Notes under the pieces: generated by a model
Database searches by the model: none
The model's input: only the letters and a program-made list of their open reading frames with translations
What the model was told of the DNA's origin: nothing
Assembly: GCF_006345805.1 (NCBI RefSeq)
Contig: NC_043012.1
Coordinates: 19,654,001-19,718,000, forward strand
Direction: 5' to 3'
DNA length: 64,000 nucleotides
DNA from: Octopus sinensis
Taxonomy: Eukaryota
Made by a program: the position numbers and the translations under genes
Shown here: one piece after another, positions 39,600 to 53,896 of the stretch
Position numbering within the stretch: the first letter of the stretch is position 1
Layout: every line of letters begins with the position of its first letter

Positions 39600-39915
39600 G
39601 ATGCAGGTGTGATTGTGTGGTAAGAAGATTCTTTCTCACCCACACGGTGTGGGGTTCCGTCCCACTCCATGGCAACATGGGCACGTGTCTTCCACTTGGG
39701 CCGACCAAAGCAAATCTGTCTTTGCCCCCCCCCCCCGGCACCACAACCATCGGGTGACAGCCGATGCTGTTGTGTTTACGTCCCGGTATCTTAGCGGCTC
39801 GGCAAAGAGGACGATTGAATAAGTACCAAGCTTACAAGGAGGTCGATTTCTTCGACTAAAAGGCGGTACTAAAGCATGGCATCAGTCAAAATAACTGAAA
39901 CAATTAAAAGGATAA
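39600..39915 (+). mobile_element. Diverged SINE family A copy
   Basis: gcaggtgtgattgtgtggtaag...cttgggccgaccaaagc...cttagcggctcggcaaa...cagtcaaaataactgaaacaa. Confidence 0.85.
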
Positions 39916-40039
39916 AATAACTAATATTAAATTTGCATATATCTTTCAGACCCACAGGTTTTATGATTATCATTTATTCCGCATCGAAATATTTACTAAT
40001 TCTGTTTCCTTCATTATTTTGTTGCTTGACCAGGCGAGG

Positions 40040-40990
40040 CTTTGTGCTTTAACCTAAAGGAATTTCAACGTGGAATCCATTTACAAAAGCACAGACCATC
40101 AAATTCACTAACAAATTTATTTGTAAAATGGTGGGAAAATTTCCGCTGCCCGAAGAATGTTCACCGACAAAGACTGCAGGACCAGGTGATGGAAGATTCG
40201 AGCAAAGGAATCCGGATTTCCATTAGAGGAATTAGTTGTGGAGTTGCCATTATGAAGCTGTCCTTGATTACTGACCTTCGATACCACTCGTATATATTTT
40301 GCAAAGGACATATTCTAACACGCAATGAGAAGGAGTTCCGCTGGACGAAGACAAAGAGGCTCTTAAAGAAGCTGAGGCATCCTGCTTAGCTGGGAGTGAT
40401 TTGTTCCTTCTCAAATTAAAGAAAATTCTGCCAGGATAAGTTGCACAACATCCAAGACAACAGGTGGCGTGCTTCATATCTATGTGATCTGACATATATC
40501 ATGAAACCAAAGTTTTAACACGATGTAACGGTCATGCCGCACAGCATCTTTGAACAGGGTCTAAGGAGCAGTTTAGACGGCTATTTAAATCTTAGGAGAC
40601 TGTGGAGAAACCGTGGCTTGACAGGGATACTGCTAGATGGTCATATAAATGGCAGAAGCATACAACTCTCTGCCATACTTCCAGAAATATTCAAAATTCG
40701 GTGTCGGAAAATGTTTACTACACCGGCCAAAAGTTATGGCTTCCGAATCTTACCGATTGTAACTTCATGGATTATTGTATGTGGGAAGCGATGGAGAAGG
40801 ACACCATACGTTCTGCTTGCATCACTAAAGATGAGCTTGTGCCCAAAATCAAGCAGATGTATTTGCTGGCCATATAGCAAAATTTCAAAACAATATTTGT
40901 CAGTATCTTATATTTGATACTAACCGCAATTAATCCCTAGCAGCCAATTCTAGAAAACCGCTTCACGAAGATGCAATCCCCGGTGACTCT
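40040..40990 (+). mobile_element. Decayed Tc1/mariner transposase, maT (DD37D)-like
   Basis: LRYHSYIFCKGHILT..LLKKLRHP, KPW..WQK..CHTS, and WLPNLTDCNFMDYCMWEAMEK (from WPPNSPDxNPxDY..W). Confidence 0.85.
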
Positions 40991-41380
40991 GTATAATACT
41001 CATACATTTTATGATTATTTAGGTAACCTCTTATAACTTTTACAGCTCTGCTGCGACAGCTGATGCAGCAGTTCAGTAGCTGTAGTTGAACATATCACTG
41101 AATAACACTTTGCAATACCTTTCGTATAATATATGCATACATTCCATTTGAAGCTACGAAACGATGCATTACATAATTTTCGCCGGAAAACTAATACTTG
41201 CATCCTCAAATAAACATTTAGCATTAATATATATTTATTGCATGTATAATAACAATAATATGAATTCGTGTAGAAAGTCAGAAAGAAACAATATAGAAAA
41301 AAATATCTACATTAGATTTAAATGTTGTTTAATTTCTCAAAATAATGTGTCATTTTCTTCCAGATGTTCTTAATTTTAGC

Positions 41381-41411
<31 letters not shown>

Positions 41412-42177
41412 ATATATATATATAATATATAATATATATATATATATATGTATATACAGAGAGAGAGAGAGAGATATGCATGCAGTTGTAAACACATGTT
41501 ATTATGAACAACACAAATATGTTGTAAGCTTAATCGGATAGTTCCCAATGAATTGTATCATACTGTAACCCTAGTGATGATATATATACTCTCTAAGATG
41601 TTACTAATTGATTTGAGAACTTTACATTATTGGAAAACCTATATGAAATTAGCTGAAGATTACTAGACATAGTATATTTGCTGTAATATTTGAAGCTTTA
41701 ATAAATTGTTATAGTATGAAACAATTGTACTAAATTACCGGATCCATTCTTCTTGCTTATTTTTGTATATATATATATACATATATTTGTATAAACGCTA
41801 ATTAACGAAAATTATTGCTACAGTTAAGTATACACAGGAACTACATAAGTGTATGTGCATGCGAGTGTATGTGTGTATCCGTGAGTATGTGTGTGAGTGT
41901 GTGTATACAAACACACGCGTATTTGGAATGTCTTGATCCTATGTCAACTTGATTAATGCGTAGATCTCATTAAGAATTATTTCAGCTGGCACTGAAATAT
42001 TGCGTTTTCATTTGCTGAACTTCGAAATATCCATTGATTCCATATTACCTCTACGTATGTATGTATGCACGTATGTATTTATGTATGTATGTATGTATCT
42101 ATCTATCTACCTATTTATCTACCTATCTGCCTGTCTATGTTTTTCTCTCTCCCGCTCTATCTCTCACATTCACTCTG

Positions 42178-42273
<96 letters not shown>

Positions 42274-43699
42274 TGTTTATATTCAAACATTTCCATATAT
42301 TAGGATGCTCACATATAAAACTGTGAGAAATAGAAAAAAAGCGTATCGTTTACGATGAAATATCGTAACCGTAAAACGAAGTACTTTGGTTTATTTATTT
42401 TCTCACTAAATAAACGATATACCTAACTTGCATTCTGTATTTTAACTATACAAATAAAACGGAACAGAGAAATATAGAGTTGGTTATAAAATTGCTCTAG
42501 AGTTAATCATATGTATATAAATTATCATTTTATTTACCACATATTAAAAACAAATAGACTACATATCAAGACTTTTATACCTGAAATAGAAGATACTAGA
42601 AGCTTCTGATATTGAAAAATGTGCAATCGATAATACAATATCTGTTATTATGGAATTTATTGTTGTATTAATAATGTTTCTTTTGCATAGGTTGTATTTT
42701 CATTATGGAGTATATTTCTTGAGACACCTTGAAGAGAGTACCCAACGAATAAGGAAACACAAAACAAGGAGCAATATATATTCGCCTGCTCTCTATATTT
42801 ATTAATAATGACAAATTTATTGCCCAGTTTCAAAGGAATGTACATTTACTTAGCTTTGCTGAATTGACGGTGATTCATTATGTCAGGTTTTTAATAACTT
42901 GTAGTTGGTATCGCTATGCAAGTGTAGTGCTATGTAAATGTAATAACACATCAGAATAATATTGTTGTATAATTGCAATTCACAAAACCAGTACGTGGGA
43001 AATACATTTGTTGTTGGTTAGGAATTCGCTTCCAATAAATCAGACAAGATAAACAATAATTATATTTATACATGTGTATGTGTTACATGAAAGATTTGCG
43101 TAAGCTTTATCATTAAGAAGGGAAGTGAAAAATCATAGTTATATCAACCTAAAGTATAGAAGTTACTTTTATCTGCTTTTTTATGACTAAGTGTCTGTAT
43201 ACTTATTAATTACGTATCTTGATCTTAGAAAAGAAGTATGGACAAGCACGGACAATGATTTTGCTATGCGACAAAATTTTCGGTTCTAATTTGATATCTA
43301 CATTCTTTAAACGTCTATAATTGCGTTCTCTAAAAGAAACTGCATTATTTGTACAACTTTGGTTGACATTACTACACCAATCTCAAACTTTAATACGTAA
43401 TTATAGATAATAAACTTCGTGCGATTTTAAGAAATATATTTTCATAAATTTCAAAGCAACATTAGATAATATCAATTATATAAAAACGTTGTTGCAAAGA
43501 CTAATAAGAAATACCTTTATGATAAGTTATTTCAAGATGATATAGGTGTGTGTGTGTGTGTGTGAATATGTATGTGTGTGTGTGTATTTATACATGCAAA
43601 TATATATATATATATATCGAGAGAGAGATAGATATATTTATATATATATATATATACATATATGTGTGTGTGTGTGTATTCATATATATATATATAAAC

Positions 43700-43763
<64 letters not shown>

Positions 43764-43974
43764 TAAATTAGAGATAAAACCACTATTAGGTAACTATAAA
43801 AGTGATAGACATTATATATGTATATATGCGTGTATGTATGTATGCACACATGCATACATGTATATATATGTATCTATATATATGTGAGTGTGTGTATGTA
43901 TAAGAGTGAGAGAGAGAGAGAGTATGTGTGTGTGTGTATTATGTATGCATGTATGTATGAATTGATCCGCCTCC

Positions 43975-44300
43975 TTATTTAACGTCTGCATTCCGTGCTG
44001 GTATTGGTTAGACAGTTTGACTAGAAGTGGTAAGCCGGAGAGCTGCACCATGTTCCAGTCTTATTTGGCATGGTTTCTACGGCTGGATGCCCTACCTAAT
44101 GCCAACCACTCCAAAAGTTTAATTGGTGCTTTTTACGTCTAACATGTACGGGTGTCATTTCCATGACACTGGTAACGGCCACGGCTATGTTTTCATTGGG
44201 CTTACTCGACATCGCCTCCGTGAGGCTCAACATGCTAACAGCAATGACCACGACTAAGATTTCACCTGGCTTAAAGAGTCTTCTCCAAGACAGCAAAACA
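43975..44300 (-). mobile_element. 3' part of a SINE with an RTE-like tail
   Basis: Minus strand ggttggcattaggtagggcatccagccgtagaaacc...gcagacgttaaataa. Confidence 0.6.
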
Positions 44301-44339
44301 GCAAGGCTTTCAGTCATTTGTCATCGCTTCCATATATCC

Positions 44340-44640
44340 ATAAATCGGAGCAAAAACATTGGTTATACCAAGTTCATTGTGCAGAATATCCTCAGCTCTC
44401 TCACAAAAGGATAATAGATTTCGTTACTTGCTTTAGACGCAAATCGCCTGCCATCCGTCATATTATGCTGAAGCAGGATGTTCAGATTCTGGTTGAGCTT
44501 CATGAGTGTCCATCTCCCTAATAAGGTTAGCCACCCTCGTTTGCACTGATGATAAAACTGGCGCATCATCCTCAATTGTAGCAATAGTTGGGGACAAACT
44601 CTTCACTCCACTTCAATACCAAAATTTGTTCATTATCTAT
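44340..44640 (-). mobile_element. Decayed mariner transposase N-terminal (HTH) fragment
   Basis: Minus strand VLKWSEEF..TIEDDA..MTDGRR..DILHNELGITNVFAP, compared with mariner WxxEFKRGR.SLEDDPR..DRR..ILHNELGMTKVSARWVP. Confidence 0.75.
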
Positions 44641-45070
44641 TGGTCATTTTTGAAGTCTTCTTTGAACAGTCAGATATAAGTTTTCCTGGAACGAAACAGT
44701 TAAAGAAATTGAAATTAATACTTCAAGATTTTACCAATCTAGCATAATTCCTCCATACCCAATGAATGAAATTTTCAGACAGCTTTTACAATACACATAT
44801 TAACATGCATAACAGACACATACTCATACAGAATAGGGTCTACGGGCTGTGCGTTGTGTTCTTAAGCAATGCATTTTATTTCACGTTTATCCAGTTCGCT
44901 CAGCTGTAGAAATGAGTTGCGACGTTGCTGGACAGTAGTGAACGAAGATGACCTTCAATTTTTTATAGTTTTTCTAAAGCTTAAAATAGCAATTAGATCG
45001 AGAATCATCTATAAGTATGCCTACTTCTGGTTGCGGATATGTGCATAGGTGTTCCAGCATATATATATAT

Positions 45071-45121
<51 letters not shown>

Positions 45122-48100
45122 CAGAGATACACATAGATATGGATATATATATGTATATGCATTTATACATATAGACATACAAAAACATGTATATTACAGT
45201 ATGTATACAAAAAGCTCCTGGATGTCAGCAGACAAGCTTCGTAAATATATATGCTGAAATATTATTTAGCTTTAATGATCAGGTTTTAGTATCAAATAAA
45301 ACTTAAACGCGTTCCATTAGAATCCTTACGTGTATATTGTATATTCGTTTAAATAGAACTTAATATATTTAATGTTTTCGTAATATATACACACACGCAC
45401 ACACACACATACACACACACATATATATATGTATGTATAAATAAATAAATATTTATGCTTGTATGTGTTTGTTTGTGTGTGTGTGTGGATAAATTTGAAT
45501 TATAGACAATGCCAGAAAATATTTCATATTGATTATAACCTAAACTATTCTGTCTATTCACTATTTACTGTTCCACAGTTGCATTGAAGAAGAACTTCTC
45601 AGTCGTTTTTGAAAAGTTGCCACGCGTTACTTTTTGCTGCATTTATAATATACGCACGAGAACTGAACAGTCGATGGCAATTTTGCCGTCTTACAGTCCT
45701 CTAGAAGTGTATTTCTCTATATGTCGTTAGAAATGATCATCAATGAAGCGATATATCTGTGTAGCAATTAACTCCATTTATTACTCTTGCGTGTTTAAAA
45801 TAATTGATACTTCTACTTGAGGTATGTCTTTTACTAAAATTAATTAAAAATACCAATTAATTTATGGATCATTTCATCCTAATTAAACGTCTTAAAGAAC
45901 GATATGTATATGTGTAATTAACGCTACAGAAAACAATTTATATAAATTAAAATTTTTACTGAAATATTTTCCATTTATCATAATTCAAAATATAGCAGAC
46001 GACGAGACAAAGAATAAATCTGACATAAATATATGTGAACTTCAACCATTTTTATCTGAGAGAAATATTATTTGACGTTATTGACTATTTGCCGTATAGA
46101 AATAGTTAATATTTTTCACTCAATGAAAACCGAAATAATATCCATTAGTTAAAAGTTGAACAAAATAAAAATAACCAATAAAAAAAAACATATTTCTATA
46201 ATTACATTTCCACTTTTTAAATTCTTTGCTAAAACGAAAATTGTAAGGCAAAAACGAGTGAGCATGAAATCGATTAAAAGCATTATTGTTAGAAACTTTT
46301 TTTTCTTTATTGTGCTATTATAGTAGCATCGTCTAATTACTGCTAACTATATGGCATTCGCTACGAACAGAAAACCCCCAAATTTTTGTTGCGTTATTCG
46401 TTTGTTTTACTATCGTTTTTTTTTTCTTTTGTGCGCGTTGAAATCCACCTTTGATAAAGAAAAAAAAAGGTATATGATGACAACATTGCTGAGAGCAGTT
46501 ACGCACTAAGGGTTAATTATTTTATAACATTTTCCTTGAAAGAAAAACTTGTTTTTAACCAAGTTCACCATGCATCTTTAAAAATGTGAAGCTTCCCGCT
46601 CTGTGTGACATGCTTCAGACATTTGATATTTTATTGAAACTTTGTGTGAGCAATGCTAAAATCCTGTGGAAACTGTTGCTCTTTGTCACTAAAAGATATT
46701 TTTCCCTGTATCATCGATGTATTTTCTTTATTTTACTGTGAGCTTTCCATACACTGGTGTATTTTTGTTAACTCTATATTATTAATGCTAAAGTATATAT
46801 TTGAGCCTAACACCCACTTTGATCCGAACACACAGGAAATTAATTTCAATAAACAGTGGGCTTCACAAAGAAAACTTCGGAGGAGTACGTCTAATAATGT
46901 GTTTGAGAGTAAGCTACATGAATGATACCCGCAGAAGGATTTGCGGGTAGTGACTCCCATACACATTGCTAACAATAGAATATAATATTAGTCGATGTTA
47001 GAGCTAGTTAATTATATGATCCGACACAAGAAATCTCCCATTTCAAAAGCTGTCCAGGTGAAACTTTTAAAGTCTTATCTCCATAAAATCTCACGAGCTT
47101 TAGTTTGTTCTGAGATTTAACAATTTAGAAGTTCCATGTTTATGTTGCTCGCGAATGGAATAATTATGGTATTTTAGGTAATTTGTGGTTAAAGTCTACA
47201 TGTTTATAATGGAAAACAATCGATAAGAAATGTACAGTTTTTCTTTACATTGACATATTTGTGCTTGATGTCATAAAAGCTTACGCTAAGTTTGCTGAAT
47301 GAGACTTTGTATTCCTTTTCCGTTTCTTGCTTTATAAAACTACGGGGTATAATGATGGTAGGTCGCTTAGAAATTTGAGGAATATTCAATTTTGAGTTAA
47401 TCTGCAAAGGAGTAAGCGGGATCAAAACTTCATGCAATTTATTTGCGAATTATGAGCTTTTACGAAATAAATTATTCTAAAATCCATCAATTTCAATGAC
47501 AAATGCGTTAAAGAAAACTCTGTACTGAAAGTACAACAAAGTGAATCCAGAAAGTATCTTTCCATAGGTTTTCCTGTTTGTGTTAATATTCCACTTACTT
47601 TTCCTGGAAACACAACATAATTGCGTATAGTGACGTTCTCGAACGAATTATGGTATAGAGTGTGAAGCAAATTGTTCTCCGTTCTTGCTAAAAGTGGATT
47701 CATATCCCTAGGCCAATGAAAGTGACTGAAGATAGCAGAAGAAACAGTCATTTATACGATATTGCAACATCTTTACTGTAGTGCATAATAGATAACACAT
47801 AAACGTTTAGGTCTAATCGTCAGAAATATACCCTTTGGCTTGTGCAATATATATAGCAGACTGTTGTGGCGGACGCCTCCATGCAAGAAGTGAACTGGTC
47901 CACTATTAATAAATGGCTGACTGTCAGTAGGGTCTGTCGTCGAAGGTACGTAGAGACGACGAAAAACGTCATCATCGTGGGACATATCAGTGGCGACGAG
48001 GGTTCAGACAATATCACCACTGGGACATATATAGACTGAGAAAGATTAAAAACTGTTGATAGAATTTTGTGTATTTTCTATCTAGAAAGAGCTATATATT

Positions 48101-50292
48101 TTCATTTCCAAATGGAAACCGAGACACAACTGGAAACTTAGATAGATTATGTGCTGTGCGTAATGTATATTCAGTAGACGACCAAGTAAGAAGGAAGTCG
48201 CCGCAAGATATCTCCAAAAGTTGAGGTTTTTATGTCACTCTCAGCAAATATCAAATGATTCAGGAGTTTAATATTGTTTACCAAGAAAGTGATGAAAATA
48301 GTTTGCGCTATTTGCCCAGTGGTCACGCTATGTGATCACAGTTGACACATGAAGCATGCACACTGGCTTAGCTAATTATAAATGGAATATGCGTTTATTC
48401 TTAAAAGATGGAACCTCATGTTTACTGCACCAAAAGTACGGTTTAATGTGTGTTTTATTTCAATAGATTAAAAGAAAATATTCTTGAAACAGTAATCAGA
48501 CCTGCAAAACATACTTGACTCTCCATTGATCTGCTGCTTGACCTGGGCAAGTTCAAGTTACGAAAGTAAACTTAACTTGTGTTACGGCGATACAAAACCT
48601 TATATTATACAAAAAGATAAATTGGTTCTATTGATGGTAATATCTTATCAAAGTGAATTTGCTTCTATCAGAAATTAAAATCAGTTCGAAATCCTGGCTT
48701 TCACGCAATTTAGATTCTTGTAGCGCCATCAAAATACTGATGAAATATTTGTTTCTTACTGATAGACGGCAAATAGTATGTGAGGTAGTAGAGAGAGAGG
48801 TTGGGGAGAATAGATATTTTAGCTGTTCAAGAAATGAATATTTTGGCGATTTAATGAAGCGATGTATCTTAGAACCAAAGAATGAAGACGCTTAATAAAC
48901 TCAAACACGATTTATCAGCGAGCAGTGATTCTGCGTGACCGCAGGAACATACACTTTCTTTTATTATTATTTGTAGAACGTGTTTGTAAGGACGTTAGAT
49001 ATACTACTTTAATACTTTACTTTCAATAAAAATCGAGAGGTAAATGTATTTCAACGTTTTACTGTAACTTAATTTCAACATTTATCAATGACTACGGAAG
49101 ATTGAAGTGGCACATAATGAGTTTATCGTAAACAAAAGTAATATTAACATTCAGCTTTGTCATATTTGAATTTTCTCAATATTTCTAAAGGAATTATCGT
49201 TATTAACTTTAGCTACATATTTGAAAATATGATTTGAAATGTACTAGCATACGTATAAGGTAGGAACGTATATATGTTGCGACTGTTAAATATTATTATA
49301 TTGCATGTGCGCATACTAATCGCGTAGGCGCTAATCTTTATGTGCTTAGAGAACTGTGTATATACACAGCAAACAACTATTCTTCTAAATACGTGTATGT
49401 ATGTGCGCGCGTATGTGCGTAGCTTTTTGCGAGCATTTGTGTCTATGTACTTCTATACACAGACAAACAATCGCACATATACTTATATAAAGAAGTACAG
49501 TGATACACACACACACACATATATATGCCAAGAAACATATATTTATGCACGTTTGAGTACGTATGTGTATCTAGATAGATAAATAGATATATGGATATAT
49601 ATATATATATACATATACATCAATATGCATGTACACAGACGCACGTAATATACGTGCATGTGCGTGTATATTATATTGTATCCGTTTGTATATGTAAAAA
49701 CAAAAGGAATATTTACTGGTGCGCATTATCTAAGTCTATGCGATTTAAATTAAATTTTTGGTTGTGTTTCTTTGTTAGTTCATGTCGAGATGGGATTAAA
49801 TTTAAATCATATAGCATCCTGTTAGATGTATCTTTCTTTTTATTTTATTTTCTTCTCATATCTGTGATAAATAAGCTTACAAGATAGAGTTGACAGCTGG
49901 ATATATTAGATAGCATTCCTGAGTAATTTTGCTTTGGATGTTTAAAAGTGAAATTTTCATAAGATTAAGAACAATTGGAAATACCTTCCGTCTGCTTGTA
50001 GATTTCTATATTAGCTGATGAAATTATGGCGAAATACACACAAACACACGCACAAACACACACACACACACACAGAGAAACAAAACCACACACACACACA
50101 TTTCCAAACCTATGTATTTTTCGCAATATATTTTACGTTAGATCATATGTATCGAATGATGATCAACGTGGTTATATTAAATTTCATTGTATATTCGCTT
50201 ATTTACTATTTATTTGATTCAAAATCATGAAATATACGTTCAACCACACAACGCCATCTATATACAATACTAAATGGAGAATGAAGGGTAAG

Positions 50293-50301
50293 TGATGATG
50301 G

Positions 50302-50382
<81 letters not shown>

Positions 50383-50412
50383 GATGTGATGATGATGATG
50401 ATAATGATGATG
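50293..50412. repeat. (GAT)n microsatellite
   Basis: Direct reading. Confidence 0.96.
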
Positions 50413-50460
50413 TTTTCAAATATTTGCACTAGACGAGCAGTTCTCGAGGAGAGAAGGAAA

Positions 50461-50780
50461 GTCGACAACATCGATCCCAATACTTGAATGGTCTTTATAT
50501 CGACAATAGAAAAAATGAAAGACAAGATCGACTCGACGGAATTTCACCTCAGTAAGTAAAGACAGACGAAAAGCCGCTAAGTACTTTTTTCTGGCTCGAG
50601 TTCAGCAAATGAAGGAGACGGGGGGGGGGGGCAGTTTGACCGACATTAGTGCGCAGCTGGTATTTATTTTAACGGCCGCGAAAAGACAAAGTCGAATCAG
50701 GCGGCACCGGAACTCTGAGCATAGAGACAGACGAAATGCCGCTCAGCATTTTACCCGTCATTCTAATGATTCTAATAGCT
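50461..50780 (-). mobile_element. Two adjacent decayed SINE family B copies (about 50461-50610 and 50640-50780)
   Basis: Both contain aaag(a/t)c..tcga...gacagacgaaa..gccgct.agc. Confidence 0.75.
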
Positions 50781-50788
50781 CACAAATC

Positions 50789-50853
<65 letters not shown>

Positions 50854-50879
50854 AAATTATAAATAATAATAATAAATAG

Positions 50880-51400
50880 AGACGGAGAACACTGTACTGG
50901 CAGCGCAAGACCACACTTTGGCCACGACCTGGAGGGTCAACCTGAGATTTGAGCAAGTGTCTCAGCTATGCCGCATTTGCAATAGGGTGGATGAAACCAT
51001 TGCCAGGAACGAAAACTCTAGACTTGCCCAAAACCAATGCAAGTTGAGGGGACACGACCAGATAGCGACAGTGCTACATTGAACTCTGTGCAAAAAGTGG
51101 GGGTTAGAAAGAGGCAAGACGTGGTATGAGCAAAAATCGTAGGGAATGGCGGAGTCGGAGACAAGCAAAATCCTCTGGGATTTCTCAATCCAAACAAATC
51201 ATGTGCTAGAGCATAACATCCCGGACCTTGTGATGGTGGACAAGGTGGACACGTATGATGTATAGTTGATGCTGCATGCCACTTTGACCCACAAATAGTC
51301 AAGAAGGAAGGCGAAATGACAGCTAGATAGAACCATCTTAAGTGCAAAATAGCACGGCTTTCGAAAATGAAGAATTTGAAGATTGTGCCAATTATTGCTG
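50880..51400 (+). mobile_element. 5'-truncated R4/Dong-like non-LTR element: zinc finger and restriction-like endonuclease remnant, next to (AAT)n at 50789-50850
   Basis: LCRICNRVDETI..GHDQIATVLH*TLCKKWGL..WYE..KILWDFSIQTNHVLEHNIPDLVMVDK..VDAACHFD..KKE. Confidence 0.88.
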
Positions 51401-51404
51401 CCTT

Positions 51405-51940
51405 GCTTTAACCGGGAAGGAAAGATTGTTTTTATATGCCTGGCGACCGTTGCGAAGGAGATTGCATTGTGGATGAGATTGAAGGGCCTGAAGACGAATA
51501 CTTTTCTCTGTGGTTAATCCTTGATGAATTTCTTCAAGTTTCACTTTTAAAGGAAATTAAGGGTAGAGACGGAGAGTGTTGCCTTTTTGCCAATTGGCTG
51601 AAAGGTGAATGAAAGTGGCAAGAATGGTGTGAGTGAAGGGACCTGCCCTGAGCGTGCACCTGTAATGGGAAAAGGAAACAAAAAATGGCACCTATCCCCC
51701 AAGTAAAGGTACCCATAGTTTTTTAATGGGGGTTTTTCCATGAACAGCCCTCGAAAGACTTCTCCGAATTTAGGATCACACATTGTTGATTTTTTAAAAA
51801 AACACTGTTATTCTTGTTTACACGCAAAACCCTCACAACATAACACACACATATACATGCGCAAACATTTTTTTATTATTTTGTCCTCCACTGTCCATAA
51901 TGTTTTTTCTGAATGTAAACCTTTGTGGTTAATAAATAAA
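51405..51940 (+). mobile_element. 3' end of an L1/Tx1-like LINE (ORF2 C-terminus plus 3' UTR ending aataaataaa)
   Basis: FICLATVAKEIALWMRLKGL..LMNFFKFH..KLRVE..ER*MKVARM resembles Tx1-clade ORF2 ends. Confidence 0.6.
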
Positions 51941-51944
51941 TCAT

Positions 51945-52243
51945 TATGATCATCATCATCTTCATCATTATCATCATCACCGCCATCATCATCATCACCA
52001 GCACCACCATCATCATCACCACCACCACCGTCATCATCATCACCATCACCATCATCATCATCGTCATCACCATCATCATCATCATCATTATCATCATCAT
52101 CATCATCATCACCACCATCATCATCATCACCACCACCACCGTCATCATCACCACCACCACCATCATCATCACCATCACCATCATCATCATCATCGTCATC
52201 ACCATCATCATCATCATCATTATCATCATCATCATCATCATCA
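51945..52243. repeat. Compound (CAT/CAC)n repeat with an internal higher-order duplication of about 110-130 bp
   Basis: The interruption pattern caccaccaccaccgtcatcat...catcgtcatcacc...cattatcat occurs twice. Confidence 0.93.
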
Positions 52244-53163
52244 TTTTTATTAATATTATTATTGTTGTAGTTGTTGTTGTTGTTGTTGCTGCTGCTGTTG
52301 TTTTTATTTTTATAATTATTATTATTATTTTATTTGTGAGTTGAGGTCGTTTAGTTGATGGCTATGTTTCCAAGGCTGCTCCAGAGTAAGTGCATTTTTA
52401 CTGACCATCCTAAGCAAGGAAATGTGAAATCTAAGAACAGATGCTTTACTTACAGTGATTTTGTTGGGGAGGAAGGGACGTTTGTTCCGTCCCCATAGTT
52501 AGATGTGGATTGTTCCACGAGCAGCTTTTTATAAACTATTTTCTCAGTATTTCTCCTGGAAACCCCCCTAAGTCCCTGAGGACATCAAACTTTTAGGGCA
52601 TCGTATGTGTTTTTTGATGTTTGAATGAATGTTATGTGTTGGTACGATGCTTGATGATGTAACAAAATCGGCGTGTGTTTGTGTTTGTGTGTGTGTATGT
52701 GTATGTGTGTGTCTTGTGTGCTTTATGGTAATATGTGTTCCATCAGTTCATTGTTGCTTGTGCTTACTGGAGTGTTATTTTGGGGATGTGCGATCTGAGA
52801 GTTGAATGTAAGATTTTAGTTCTCTTTGTGATCGTCATGTCTGTGATAATGTTTTTGATGGTACTAGCATGCACGTTTTTGACGGTCCTGGCATGCTTGC
52901 TGTTGGGTGTCATATCTGTGTATTTATTCTCAAAGGCTTTTCCCCTTTCAGTTCATACCTAAGAGAATTATTTTTGTTGATGTCGGTCTGCTTTTATTAC
53001 CTTTTATTTTCTTAGGCCTGACGACTTTTTTTTATCCGTTTTAGAACCGTAGTTGTATCTCTCTCGCAACTGAGCATGACTGTCAGTTTCGAACATAGAA
53101 GGAGCCTGTTCTTTGGAGATTTCATGCTGATAGTAAGTAGTTGTTTGACAGGATTCTGATGCT

Positions 53164-53523
53164 AGTCTTCGTCCCAGAGCTCACAAGATGGGAGAAGTCC
53201 GAAACGTGGTCCTTTGCTATTCGTAAGACCCGCAGAAGAGAAAGCAGGTCAACCCCCGACACCGAGAGCATCGACGGATGGATGAATGCGCATCCAGGCT
53301 CAGCGGTTTCTTAGGAAGTCGGGGACAAGAAACAGAAAGAAAGAGTGAGAGAAAGTTGGGGCGAAATAGTACAACAGAAGTCGCCACCACCCCCTTCCGG
53401 AGCCTCGTGGAGCGTTAGGTGTTTTCGGTCAATAAACAAACACCACGCCCGGTCTGGGAATCGAAACCGCGATCCTCCGACCGCGAGTCCGCTGCCCTAA
53501 CCACTGGCTCATTTCGTCTCCAC
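53164..53523 (-). mobile_element. SINE family C, tail type 3, copy 1
   Basis: tRNA-Arg-like head; tail ...gcaaaggaccacgtttcggac...gctctgggacgaagact. Confidence 0.92.
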
Positions 53524-53549
53524 GCTGTTGCTGTTGCTGTTGAGTGAAC

Positions 53550-53896
53550 AGTCTTCGTCCCAGAGCTTGCAAGATGTGAGACGTCCGAAACGTGGTCCTT
53601 TGCTATTTGTAAGACCCACAGAAGAGAACGCAGGTCAACCCCCGACACCGAGAGCATCGACGGAGGGATGAATGCGCATCCAGTCTCAGTGGTTGCGTAG
53701 GAAGTCGGGACAAGAAAGAGGAAGAAAGAATGAGAGAAATCTGGAGAAGGGGGGTCGCCACCACCCCCTGCCGGAGCTTCGTGGAGTTTTAGGTGTTTTC
53801 GCTCAATAAACATAAACCACGCCCGGTCTGGGAATCGAAACCGCGATCCTCCGACCGCGAGTCCGCTGCCCTAACCATTGGGCCATTGCGCCTCCA
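53550..53896 (-). mobile_element. SINE family C, tail type 3, copy 2
   Basis: Head GGAGGCGCAATGGCCCAATGGTTAGGGCAGCGGACTCGCGGTCGGAGGATCGCGGTTTCGATTCCCAGACC; colinear with copy 1 with scattered differences. Confidence 0.92.

Noticed and set aside
46926-46949. GC-rich hairpin tacccgca-gaaggatt-tgcgggta (and atcgtgg/ccacgat at about 19309-19328)
   Set aside because: Isolated short stems without a Helitron CTRR end or other context; expected by chance at this scale.
53185-53228. HHR-like GGA-gaag-TCC-GAAAC-gtg-GTC-ctttg in the SINE tail (also about 53570-53605)
   Set aside because: It is antisense to the SINE, the 5' core is CTCACAAGA/CTTGCAAGA rather than CTGANGA, and stem II is not conserved between the two copies.
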